Of a stretch of DNA of 24,739 nucleotides, positions 1 through 9,000 are shown piece after piece. Every line of letters begins with the position of its first letter. Positions within the stretch are counted from its first letter, which is position 1. The stretch lies in IMG/VR virus record IMGVR_UViG_3300037191_000107, positions 1-24,739 of that record, one strand, 5' to 3'. The position numbers were made by a program, and so were the translations under genes. The notes beneath the pieces were generated by a model. The model saw nothing but the letters and a program-made list of their open reading frames with translations, did not search any database and had not been told where the DNA came from. This DNA comes from a virus. Taxonomy: Duplodnaviria > Caudoviricetes.

Positions 1-1068
1 GACTAAGTCTGTATCAGGGTTATCTATCGCTAAATGATTAGGGTTGTTGTAGTCGAAGGTTACATCTGAAGCAGTCCAAGCTTTGTTGTAGACTTGTAGG
101 TCAGATAAAATACCACTAAAGAAGAATCCATTACCTAAAGGAGCATCAGCACCAATAAATAAATTAGTAGAGTCATCTAAAGATAATTGTTTACTTGATA
201 TGTCTATTGGAATTTGAGGAGAATTGTTTATATAACAAGTAGCGTTTCCATCTCTGTCTGCAGATATAACAACCCTTTGGAATGTATCATCAGTTAAAGT
301 ACCCATTACAAAACCTACATTTCCACTCCCATCGTTAAGCTCTAACCTTAATACATTTATATTATCTAAGTATAATGTATAACCCTTAGTGTTTCTTTTA
401 TCAATTACTCGCTGCGTAGAACCACCACTACCCAACTTATTTATCCAAAAAGCAAATGTAAAGTCTGATGTACCTAAATTAATGTTTCCATTATCAGTAA
501 CCTCAACTACGTCATTCCCATTAAAAGTAAGAGCCTTCCCTGTGAATAACTTAGCGTTGTTCGTGTTAGGGCTTTTGTCTTTAACGAATTGGGTTACTTC
601 TTTTACGGAGATGTTGTCAAATTCTCCTGAAGAGGCTTGTGATGCCGTATTTCTGTAAACATTAAAAGGAGAAGAAAGTGCTGTGTGGTAAAATTTATAA
701 TGTCCATCTGATTGAACAGTCAATATAGTACCACCATCAAAAACCTTAAATCCTGCTCCTGTTATATTATAAGCATCAAATTCTATCTCGTATGTTTTAC
801 CAACCTCAAAGATTGATTGTGCTAATTTGAGTGCTGTACTTCCATCTGCAATCATCTCAACCCTACCGTTATTCCAAGTAATAGTATTAGTTGCATCTGT
901 ACCTGCGAAATTCCACCCACTTAAATCCGTAGCAAAATCACCATTAACCACTAACTCACTCCCTATAACCTCGCTCTTATTAAAGTCGAGCCATAGTTGG
1001 AGGTTCTTTCTTACGATGCCGAGCGTTCGCCCTAATGCACCTATTGTATTTTGTATGATATTAATCAT
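1..1068 (-). CDS. Virion fibre/spike protein with a beta-sandwich module and a LamG (concanavalin A-like) domain; truncated by the window edge
   Basis: Not in the ORF track because it has no stop in the window. Manual translation from ATG 1068 is open to base 1: MINIIQNTIGALGRTLG...GSELVVNGDFATDLSGW...FDNISVKEV...ALTFNGNDVVEV...SDFTFAFWIN...LFIGAD...FFSGLSDLQVYNKAWTASDV, a typical LamG pattern. It lies directly behind the spike-base gene. Confidence 0.85.
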   Translation of the reverse strand, partial: MINIIQNTIGALGRTLGIVRKNLQLWLDFNKSEVIGSELVVNGDFATDLSGWNFAGTDATNTITWNNGRVEMIADGSTALKLAQSIFEVGKTYEIEFDAYNITGAGFKVFDGGTILTVQSDGHYKFYHTALSSPFNVYRNTASQASSGEFDNISVKEVTQFVKDKSPNTNNAKLFTGKALTFNGNDVVEVTDNGNINLGTSDFTFAFWINKLGSGGSTQRVIDKRNTKGYTLYLDNINVLRLELNDGSGNVGFVMGTLTDDTFQRVVISADRDGNATCYINNSPQIPIDISSKQLSLDDSTNLFIGADAPLGNGFFFSGILSDLQVYNKAWTASDVTFDYNNPNHLAIDNPDTDLV

Positions 1069-1072
1069 ACTA

Positions 1073-1330
1073 CTAAAATAAAGCTACTATATCCGTTGCT
1101 GTTGTTCCTGTTGCTTTTACCCTCGTTACTTGAATAGGTAAAAAAGAACCATCAGCTATATTTTTTAAAGTTAAAGTTGATCCTCCGATTGTAATTACTA
1201 CAACATCACCACCAACACCCACAAACAAAGTCGCAGGAGTATTAGGATTGATACCTGTTATATCTACGGAGTCGCTTGGAGTTACTATTACCCCTGTTGT
1301 TCCTTGTCTTACTACTAAATTAGTTGGCAT
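1073..1330 (-). CDS. Head spike base protein (RcGTA Rcc01079-like)
   Basis: 85 aa. VTPSDSVD...TLFVGVGGDVVV...GSFLPIQVTRVKATGTTAT matches, from recall, the Rcc01079 pattern ITPSDSTDL...GEILPVRPVRVLATGTTAT. Followed by a fibre gene. Confidence 0.8.
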   Translation of the reverse strand: MPTNLVVRQGTTGVIVTPSDSVDITGINPNTPATLFVGVGGDVVVITIGGSTLTLKNIADGSFLPIQVTRVKATGTTATDIVALF

Positions 1331-1356
1331 TTTCTGTATGTTTATGTTTGTACTTA

Positions 1357-1380
1357 ATAATAGATAATTAAGTGAATTGT
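1357..1380 (-). promoter_or_regulatory. Candidate late promoter motif ACA-N14-CTATTAT
   Basis: The same spaced motif occurs at 12705-12728. Here it lies just downstream of a terminator and upstream of the spike-base gene. Confidence 0.4.
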
Positions 1381-1388
1381 TTTAAAAC

Positions 1389-1415
1389 AAAAAAACCCCC
1401 CAATTTGGGAGGCTT
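1389..1415 (-). terminator. Intrinsic terminator after tail tube gene
   Basis: Minus strand AAGCCTCCCAA-A-TTGGGGGG-TTTTTTT: GC-rich stem plus U tract, about 20 nt after the stop. Confidence 0.8.
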
Positions 1416-1434
1416 CAATGTATAGATTATTGAA

Positions 1435-2013
1435 TTAAACCGTAACGATAGTAGGTCTGTTTCCTGAAGTCGTAAGACCTCCAAAAATAGTATCTGCTAC
1501 TACTGCACTCGGTACAACAGATAAAGCAGCTCTCTGCTCTCTCCCTACCATTGCGATAGTCGTACCACTAAGATCGCCGTAAGCTTTCCCTCTGCTGATG
1601 TTTCCACCAGTTGTAGTTAATCCATTATAAGCACCTGCAAGATATAAATCACCGAAACCTGTTGCTTCGTTAATGTTATTATCTTCTACAAAGATTTGAA
1701 ATCTTCCTTGTGCTAATATTTTTAAGTTTTTTAAAGCATCCTTAGATAAGTTAGGTAGCGTTAAGTTCAGCGTTTGCTCATAAAATACCGTACCATTCTC
1801 CTCAGATGCAGTAATTGCTTCTGCGAAGTCTGAACCTTGTGGATTTAATTCGTATTTGTATGTAGAACTTGTAGCTCCTAAATCATCTAATTCGCCATCA
1901 ACATCGATAGTATACGCACCCATATCGTTATGATTCACGAAGTAGATATTTCTAATCCCTCCGATGCTCTCACGACATTCTAACGCTCTACCATTTGATA
2001 GTAAACAAGCCAT
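1435..2013 (-). CDS. Major tail tube protein (putative)
   Basis: 192 aa, beta-rich. MAC...GR...C..SIGGI..IYF and ENGTVFYEQTLNLTL motifs are typical of Bacteroidota siphophage tube proteins. Located next to the major capsid gene. Confidence 0.7.
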   Translation of the reverse strand: MACLLSNGRALECRESIGGIRNIYFVNHNDMGAYTIDVDGELDDLGATSSTYKYELNPQGSDFAEAITASEENGTVFYEQTLNLTLPNLSKDALKNLKILAQGRFQIFVEDNNINEATGFGDLYLAGAYNGLTTTGGNISRGKAYGDLSGTTIAMVGREQRAALSVVPSAVVADTIFGGLTTSGNRPTIVTV

Positions 2014-2027
2014 ATTTTAAAGTATTT

Positions 2028-2056
2028 AAAAAGTAGAGGCTTTTACACCCCTACTT
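2028..2056 (-). terminator. Hairpin/weak terminator between capsid and tail tube genes
   Basis: Minus strand AAGTAGGGGT-GTAAAA-GCCTCTACTT-TTT: 10-bp stem with two G-U pairs and a short U tract. Confidence 0.65.
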
Positions 2057-2067
2057 ATTTGTTATTA

Positions 2068-2961
2068 TTATGCGTAGTAAACGATGTCAGAACCGTTAGC
2101 GTAACCTACCCCTGCGTTCCATTTCATTACTAAACGAACATTGTCAGAACCATCGTTCTCAGTCATATCGATAACTTTAACCTCTGCCATATCTGATGCT
2201 AAATCAGTTGCAAAGAATAAGTTAGATTTACGAGCTGCAACCATTTTGTCTGCTGCCATTCCCGGTGCTAAAATCAATTTAGTACCTTCAAAGTTAGCTT
2301 CTGTTACACCTGCGTGGAACTGATCCATATAACCTAATGCACCTTGAGCTGATACATAGTACTTCATTGCTGCCGTACCTACAAAGATACCTAAGTCCTC
2401 TTGTCCGTAGTTAGCATCTTTAATTGCATCTCTTACTTTTCCTAATTCTGCAATGATATTAGAAGCTGAAAGAGTAGCACCTGCTACATCTACAACCGTT
2501 GCATCTGCTGCTAATTGAACTTGGAATCCATCGAACTCACCACTTGTAGCAGTAGTACCTGCCCAAATAGCTTTCTCAACTTCTTGACCTACTAAAGCAC
2601 CTGCGTGACCTACAATGTACTCTTGGAAGTTAGCTGGTAAAGTACCATCAACACCTGCTCTCATTTGAGCGCCTGCATAAGTAGAAAGCCAATCTTTTTT
2701 ACAAAGTTGCTTATTCAATCCGAAATTCTCAGGAGTAAGAGCTTTCTCTACATAAGTAATATCTCCTGCATCTGTGAAATCACAAGAAGCATCTTTTACT
2801 GATGAAGCTGAAAGGTCAAAGTTCTTTAAATTTACTTTGAATGTTACATTAGGAAGTACCGTAATATTTCCTTTTGCTAATGTTTCACCACTTAATAGTG
2901 ATGCTGAAATAAACCCTGCAGCCTCTTCGCCTGCATATAGTTTAGTTAATGAATCTGCCAT
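2068..2961 (-). CDS. Major capsid protein (HK97 fold inferred)
   Basis: 297 aa. YAGE.A..FISASLLSG, V.PNV.FK, CDF and VKVIDM..NDGSDNVR.VMKW.AGV.Y motifs resemble Flavobacterium-phage capsid proteins. Follows protease and scaffold. Confidence 0.88.
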   Translation of the reverse strand: MADSLTKLYAGEEAAGFISASLLSGETLAKGNITVLPNVTFKVNLKNFDLSASSVKDASCDFTDAGDITYVEKALTPENFGLNKQLCKKDWLSTYAGAQMRAGVDGTLPANFQEYIVGHAGALVGQEVEKAIWAGTTATSGEFDGFQVQLAADATVVDVAGATLSASNIIAELGKVRDAIKDANYGQEDLGIFVGTAAMKYYVSAQGALGYMDQFHAGVTEANFEGTKLILAPGMAADKMVAARKSNLFFATDLASDMAEVKVIDMTENDGSDNVRLVMKWNAGVGYANGSDIVYYA

Positions 2962-2964
2962 AAC

Positions 2965-3576
2965 TTATTTTTTATTTTGATTAATCATATATTGAACTCT
3001 TCCTTGTGAACTTAGTTTACTAAATTCTAAAGGACTTAACGCAACGCTTTTAAAATTCCCTTCTGGATTAGGCTTAATTTCTTCGCCTACTTTCTCAAAC
3101 TCTTCTACTTTAGTTTCAAGTTCTTTAGCCTCTACCTTTACTGCAGTATACTCTTCTTTCAAAGTGTTGAACTCAGTTTTAATAGATTCAAATTCTTGTA
3201 CTAAGTTTTCAAGTACTCCGATAGCTTCGATAAGAGCAGTTTTAGAATTGTCTGCTTCTGCCATTTCCTCAGCAGGAGCTTCTTCTTCTTCTTTAACTTC
3301 TTCTTTCTCTACTTCTTTAATCTCAGCGATAATACCTTCTTCGGCAACCACCAATAAAGAACCATCAGCTAAAGCATATTCACCAACAGGTAAAGGTTGC
3401 TTTTCCTCTTCAACCATAATGAATACTGCCGATCCAACTTCTAAAGCATCAGCACTAACAATAGTACCATCTTCTAAAGCTATATCTTCAAACTTCATTT
3501 GTTCTTTCGCCTCTTCCATTTCCGAAGGTGTAACCTCCATTCCTAAAAGGACTTTAATCTTTTGTAGTGTTTCCAT
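2965..3576 (-). CDS. Capsid scaffolding protein
   Basis: Very acidic, with LEDGT/LADGS repeats and a C-terminal coiled coil; lies between protease and MCP. The ATG at 3576 (METLQK) is preferred over the TTG at 3594. Confidence 0.75.
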   Translation of the reverse strand: METLQKIKVLLGMEVTPSEMEEAKEQMKFEDIALEDGTIVSADALEVGSAVFIMVEEEKQPLPVGEYALADGSLLVVAEEGIIAEIKEVEKEEVKEEEEAPAEEMAEADNSKTALIEAIGVLENLVQEFESIKTEFNTLKEEYTAVKVEAKELETKVEEFEKVGEEIKPNPEGNFKSVALSPLEFSKLSSQGRVQYMINQNKK

Positions 3577-3602
3577 AGTTTCGTATATAAACAATAATGG
3601 GT

Positions 3603-4193
3603 TTATTTTAGTTTTGTTGTAAATTCATCGTTCTTAATGATTTGAACAATAGCCTCTAAGTATTCCTGCTCACTCATTTCTACATTCTTTTCTCCGAAGT
3701 TACCCTCAACAGAAAACCCTTTTACAATCCCTTCTTTTATATAGTTCTGCCAAACCTCTTCGTTGTCTATCTTCATACAAGCAACCCAAGTACCAATCGG
3801 ATACTCCAATCCAAATGCTTGAGTTTTATCTTTCTTGCTATCTGCTACAATCCAACTCTCTACGGTAGTAATACCTTGTACGGTAGTAGCGTGTTCGATG
3901 GTTGTGGATTGGTGCTTAGACTGCTGCATATACCTCTGCATAATTTCTTTCACCGTTGCCTTACTAAACCAACATTTGTACTTTTCCCCCTTGTTATCTA
4001 CTCGCATAATCTCAAGGTCAGGAATCATTACTGCCCCCATCACTACACGCTCATCAGTATCAACGGTAGCAAATTGTTGCTTATCAGAAAAGTACATAAA
4101 CCCCTCTCCTATTGCAGGGCTGTCTACTAAACTAATGGCGTATACTCCGAAATCTTCGTTATTCTCATCAATTACAAATTCTACTACTCTCAT
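3603..4193 (-). CDS. Prohead protease, XkdF-like serine peptidase
   Basis: AISLVDSPAI, GAVMIPD, TIEH, VESWIV, P.GTW and KGFSVEG motifs. Confidence 0.88.
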   Translation of the reverse strand: MRVVEFVIDENNEDFGVYAISLVDSPAIGEGFMYFSDKQQFATVDTDERVVMGAVMIPDLEIMRVDNKGEKYKCWFSKATVKEIMQRYMQQSKHQSTTIEHATTVQGITTVESWIVADSKKDKTQAFGLEYPIGTWVACMKIDNEEVWQNYIKEGIVKGFSVEGNFGEKNVEMSEQEYLEAIVQIIKNDEFTTKLK

Positions 4194-5908
4194 TATAAAG
4201 TTCTTTGGTTGTTAATATATGATTGTGCCTCTTGGCTATCTGTTACGGTTTGACTAATTACAAATGCTTCTACTGGTTGTTGACCTTGAGCGTTTACAGA
4301 GTTCACCACATCACCTAAACCTGTCGCAGCAGGAATTGATGCAGCTAAGTTGCCTCCTATACTTGGAACGCTTCCACCTCCACCACCTCCACCACCAGGT
4401 ACATCGGTGTCTAATATCTTTTTAACATTCGCTAAACCTACTAAACCTGTTGCAACTGCTTGAGCTATTGCGTAACCTGGAATAGGAAGCCCTGAGAATG
4501 CCTTTAATTGCCCTGCGATTGCTGCATAAGTATCAATAGTAGCACCTGCAACTGCAATAGCTTTATTATCTCCTGCTAATTTACCTAATGCACCAACTAC
4601 TGCACCTGCTGCTGCAAGTTTTGCATCTCTCTCACCTTGTGCAATTAGTAATTTCTTTTGTGCAAATGATTTTTCTATTTCAGTAGTGTCAGCTCCTGAC
4701 TTTCTTGCAAGTTCTAATTGTGCTTTATACCATTGCTCTAATTCCTCAAGCTCTAATTCTCTGTTGTTCTTTCCTATTAGTGATAATTCATTCTGAGATT
4801 CTAACAACTCCTTACCAAGAGCTACCTGATTAGTCATCTGCTCAGATTCTTGTCCTATGATTCTTTCGTTAATATCAATTAACTCAGTCTTAGCTTCTTT
4901 TAAAGCTATTTGTAAGTCAATATTATCAGCGTTTAAATCAGATTCTAATTGAGCGAGGTCTACTTTCTTTTGAGCTAACTCAGTTTCTTTCTCTAATTGC
5001 TCATCGAGTATTCTTCCCAGTTCTTCGTTGGCTGCTACTCTTTGTGCTATCGTTGCACTTTCATCATCTCTAATTTGCCTTTGTAATTCTGCTTGTGTTT
5101 GGTATGTAAGCATTAAGCCTTTTGCATCGGCATCTAATAACTTAACCTCATTCCTTAACTTAGTTAATTCTCCACCTGTTTTAAATGCTGCTTTTACATC
5201 AATAGCCTCTAATCCTTTTTTACCTTCTTCTACTATTATTTTAGTAGCTGCAACAACTTCGGTAATAGCTTCTGCTATATTATCACCTATGTTTTTAGCT
5301 GCATCTATGGCTGCATCTTTTATATCTAATAGACTTTGCTTGGTTTCGTTTAATGATTCAGTAAGTGAGGCTATTTTACCCTCATCACCACCACCTAAGA
5401 ATGAATCCTCCCAAGCTATCATCAAGGCTAATATACCTGCTTTGATTCCGTAGAACGCAACCTTAATAGGTGTAAGTGATAGTGTAATAACACCCATCAG
5501 CACCTTGCCTAACCCCTCGAAGCCTTCGCTTGATTTGGTTACACTATCATAAACATCAGTAACAACATCAGAAACCTCGTTAAATACAACGCTAATAGTG
5601 TTCATTGCAGTAGAAACCAAATCCATTACAGTCTGATTCTGTTCTAATACCTCTTTAAGTTTAGAGAATAGAGCCATAACAAGACCTATACCTGCTGCCT
5701 TCATTGCTAAACCTACACCTTTAAAACTTTTACCTAATGCCTTGGTTGCCTTTGATGCTGACTTAGTTGCCTTCGCCGAATCTTCTGTTGCTTTTGCTGC
5801 ATCTTTAGTAGCTTTAGCAGATGCATCAATACCATCTTTTAACTCTTCTAAATCTTTTAATGCCTTATCTACTTTGGCAACTAAATCGAGCCTTACTTCT
5901 TGAGCCAT
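4193..5908 (-). CDS. Tail tape measure protein
   Basis: 571 aa, Ala/Leu/Glu/Lys-rich and helical, with hydrophobic stretches, a long coiled coil and a Gly-rich C-terminus ending QPVEAFVISQTVT. Confidence 0.8.
   Translation of the reverse strand: MAQEVRLDLVAKVDKALKDLEELKDGIDASAKATKDAAKATEDSAKATKSASKATKALGKSFKGVGLAMKAAGIGLVMALFSKLKEVLEQNQTVMDLVSTAMNTISVVFNEVSDVVTDVYDSVTKSSEGFEGLGKVLMGVITLSLTPIKVAFYGIKAGILALMIAWEDSFLGGGDEGKIASLTESLNETKQSLLDIKDAAIDAAKNIGDNIAEAITEVVAATKIIVEEGKKGLEAIDVKAAFKTGGELTKLRNEVKLLDADAKGLMLTYQTQAELQRQIRDDESATIAQRVAANEELGRILDEQLEKETELAQKKVDLAQLESDLNADNIDLQIALKEAKTELIDINERIIGQESEQMTNQVALGKELLESQNELSLIGKNNRELELEELEQWYKAQLELARKSGADTTEIEKSFAQKKLLIAQGERDAKLAAAGAVVGALGKLAGDNKAIAVAGATIDTYAAIAGQLKAFSGLPIPGYAIAQAVATGLVGLANVKKILDTDVPGGGGGGGGSVPSIGGNLAASIPAATGLGDVVNSVNAQGQQPVEAFVISQTVTDSQEAQSYINNQRTL
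5738..5820 (-). repeat. Degenerate 21-bp (7-aa) tandem repeat in the tape measure N-terminus
   Basis: Encodes SAKATKD-AAKATED-SAKATKS-ASKATKA. Confidence 0.6.
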
Positions 5909-6039
5909 AATTCCATTTTAAATTGTTTCCACGCTTGTTTTATTGTCTTGGGGTATTCCTTTAATCCAAATACTATTGCATTTGTTTTACCTAACTTAAT
6001 AGATCCCTTTCCTATTCCTCTAATTACCTCGTTTATCAT
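5893..6039 (-). CDS. Small basic hypothetical protein (48 aa), missed by the ORF track
   Basis: MINEVIRGIGKGSIKLGKTNAIVFGLKEYPKTIKQAWKQFKMELWLKK* fills the gap between tail-tip and TMP genes and overlaps the TMP start. Confidence 0.65.
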   Translation of the reverse strand: MINEVIRGIGKGSIKLGKTNAIVFGLKEYPKTIKQAWKQFKMELWLKK

Positions 6040-6046
6040 ACATCCA

Positions 6047-9000
6047 TTATATTGTTTCTATATGTAGTTCTGCTCCATAAATTTCATCTGTATTCGCTCC
6101 GATTTCATATGTTAGTATAAAATAATCACCATCTACACTATTCCAAGCAGTAATTAGTTGGAAGGTATTAGCCGTACCTGTTCCAATACTACCAATAGAA
6201 TCATTTGAAACCCTACTTGATAAAGCTTGTATTGCTCTGTTTTGGCTCGAGAAAACCTCAAAGCCTGTTACTTTATAACCTGATGGCACAAATGTAGATG
6301 CGTAAACCTTGGTACGGCTTGCGTATGCGCTCGGTTGTACACTTCCGAGTGTATCGCGCGAATAGCTTTGTATACTGTCGCTACTCCAAGTCTTAAATTG
6401 ATCGGGTTTTATATATATTCTTGAAGTGGTAACTCCTAATGCAAGGTTAGGAGGTAATGCTCTCCATTCTGTTTGGTTTAAAGTATCATCCCACGATAAG
6501 GCATCTCCTTCTTTCGGATCACCTTCTCCTACCTTTTTGATGACACCGTTGAACTCTGTTTCTGTTGTGGTGTTTCCTGTCTTTATATCAGCAACATACT
6601 GACCAACTAAAACCGTTTCGTTATTATCACCATCGTATAGTACAGGAGGATCACTTAACTCGTTTGTGGTTAGGTTGTTCCAAATACATTTATTACCTAC
6701 CATCGTTAAACCTTCCTCTTCACAACAAGCTGCCGTAGGCGTAGCAGATACTCCTGCCGAATCTATCCAGTTAGTAGTACCGTTTAAGTTGTAAGATGTT
6801 ACGGTAAGAGAACACACTTCTATATTAGGAGTTTCTAATATCTTTATAAGCTCTACCTTTGTAGAATTATCTACACCTATTGCAAAACTATCTATCTTAT
6901 TAATTAACCAATAAGAATCCTTTATAAATACTTTGTCATTGTATTTAAAGTCTGCTATATCTTGAGATGTTAAATAGAAATATGCTATTTGTATTCTTGC
7001 ATCTTTATTGTAGATGTTGTTTAAATACCTTTTCCAATATCCGTTATATACATCGTTACCTGTTTGAGTTTCTACTAAACTACTTTGGTTTAATATATTC
7101 CCTGCTTTGAATCTAATATCTGTGTCAGTTTCCGTTACTAAATCCCCTGACATAGAATAGTGATTACAGAAAGGATATTCTACCTTTGTTGTATATACAC
7201 CAGTAGCCTCATTTAATAACTTGTAATTAGATGAAGGAGGTAGTTGTTTTTTACCTGAGTAGTAGAATAATTTAGGCTTAACTTTAACTGCCTCAGCAAT
7301 CCCATCGTTAAAATCGAAGTGTTGAGCAATAAACATTAAATTATTATCAACCTTTTTAGGTGCAAAGCTTGAAAATATGGTAGGCACTTTTAACTCACCA
7401 CTTCCGAAATCTCCATAGAAAGGAAATTTAAAAGAGTTATAAATAAAACCTTTTTCATTCTGCCAATAATCGTTAATTCTATCAGCATCCTCTTTATCTG
7501 TTAGGTTTAATTCTGCCTTTCTAAATCTATTAGTAGATTCTATTATTACGCTCTTAGATAAGTCTAATTTATCAGTCCAATCCTTAGAAGTACCTACATC
7601 TCTAAAGTCTTGTATAGGCTCTATATTTAATTGCTTTGGTGTTTCTTTGTCTACCTCTACAATTAGGTTGTACCTTGCGAATATAGATTTAACAAAATCA
7701 ATCTGCTTATCTTTTGGTAGTAAGTTGTTTCCTACCTCAAAGCCAACCGTTCCACCTTCTACAACTTCAGGTATTGAAACCAACTTTACAAATGAATCAT
7801 AAACAGTTCCATTAATAGTATCAAACTTCTTTATAACTTTAGTTCCGAAAGAGCTAAAAGAGTAAACTCTAAAGGTTACTACATCACCTGCTGATAAAGA
7901 TATACTCGAAGTACTTCCAGTAAAAACATCTAAGCCAACGGTATTAGAGCCAAATGAAACAGGAACTACATCTATATGAATAACTCCGTTTACATAAAAC
8001 AATACAGAGGCACTACCTGTACTTGCAATAGTAGTATCAATAACTACTTGCAATTGAAACCCATAAACCCCATTGTGAGGAACTGTATAGGCGTTTGTAG
8101 TTGTATTAAAATTTCCGTTTGAATCGTAATACCCACTCCCTGAAGTTTCATTATCGAAGTCTATCGCTACACCACTTACTGCCGTTTGGTCAGCAGTCAT
8201 ACCAACCTTAAAACCATCTAACAAACTCGTAGCAGAACCTTCTAAATCACCACCCAAAGTCATATACTGACTTGTAAAGAATGTAGAGTTTAAGAATGTA
8301 GAACTAATAGTATAACCTGCTTTGTTTACTATCTCATCTAATAGCGTTTTAACTTTAATTGAAGGCTTTAAATCTCTCGGTTTAATAGCTCCTGCATTTG
8401 TGTTTAATGTGTTACCGTTATAATTGAAGCCATTATCTATAATAGGGTAAAGAATCTCATCTCCATCAGCTAAAGCTCCTACATACTCTGTTAAACCATT
8501 CCAACCAGTTTCTATATTAGCTTGGCTTAATATATGGTTAAACTTAGTTAAATCTAAATCGTTTAATTTATCCTCTCCTAATTCCGTTGCTAAGTTTGCA
8601 ACATCACCAAAACAGATTGCCGTATAGTTCTCGTTTAATGTATCTACTTTTACAAGTTGAATATATCCATCAAAGATTAGATTGCTATCTACATAAATAG
8701 AACACGAAGCTTTAACATCAGCTCTAAAAGAACCATCTACATTCACCTCATAGTAGTGAGCAAAGAAATCATTGTTTACCTGAGTAAAAGGAAGCGTTAT
8801 GTTATGAGTGAAATCGCTCTTTTGCTGAGTAACATCTTGAATCTCTTTACTCGAATATGTAGCCTTTATACTTGTATCGCTTAAATCTAAGTATTTAGAA
8901 ATACCTACATACGGAGTTGATGCAGGGATATATGATCTTATTGGTCGAACAAATCTTGCAGTACTCTTATAACCTGAGCTTTGGGATCCACTTGTAAAGT

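Noticed and set aside
4370-4400. CCACCT/CCACCA microsatellite
   Set aside because: It simply encodes the poly-Gly linker of the tape measure C-terminus.
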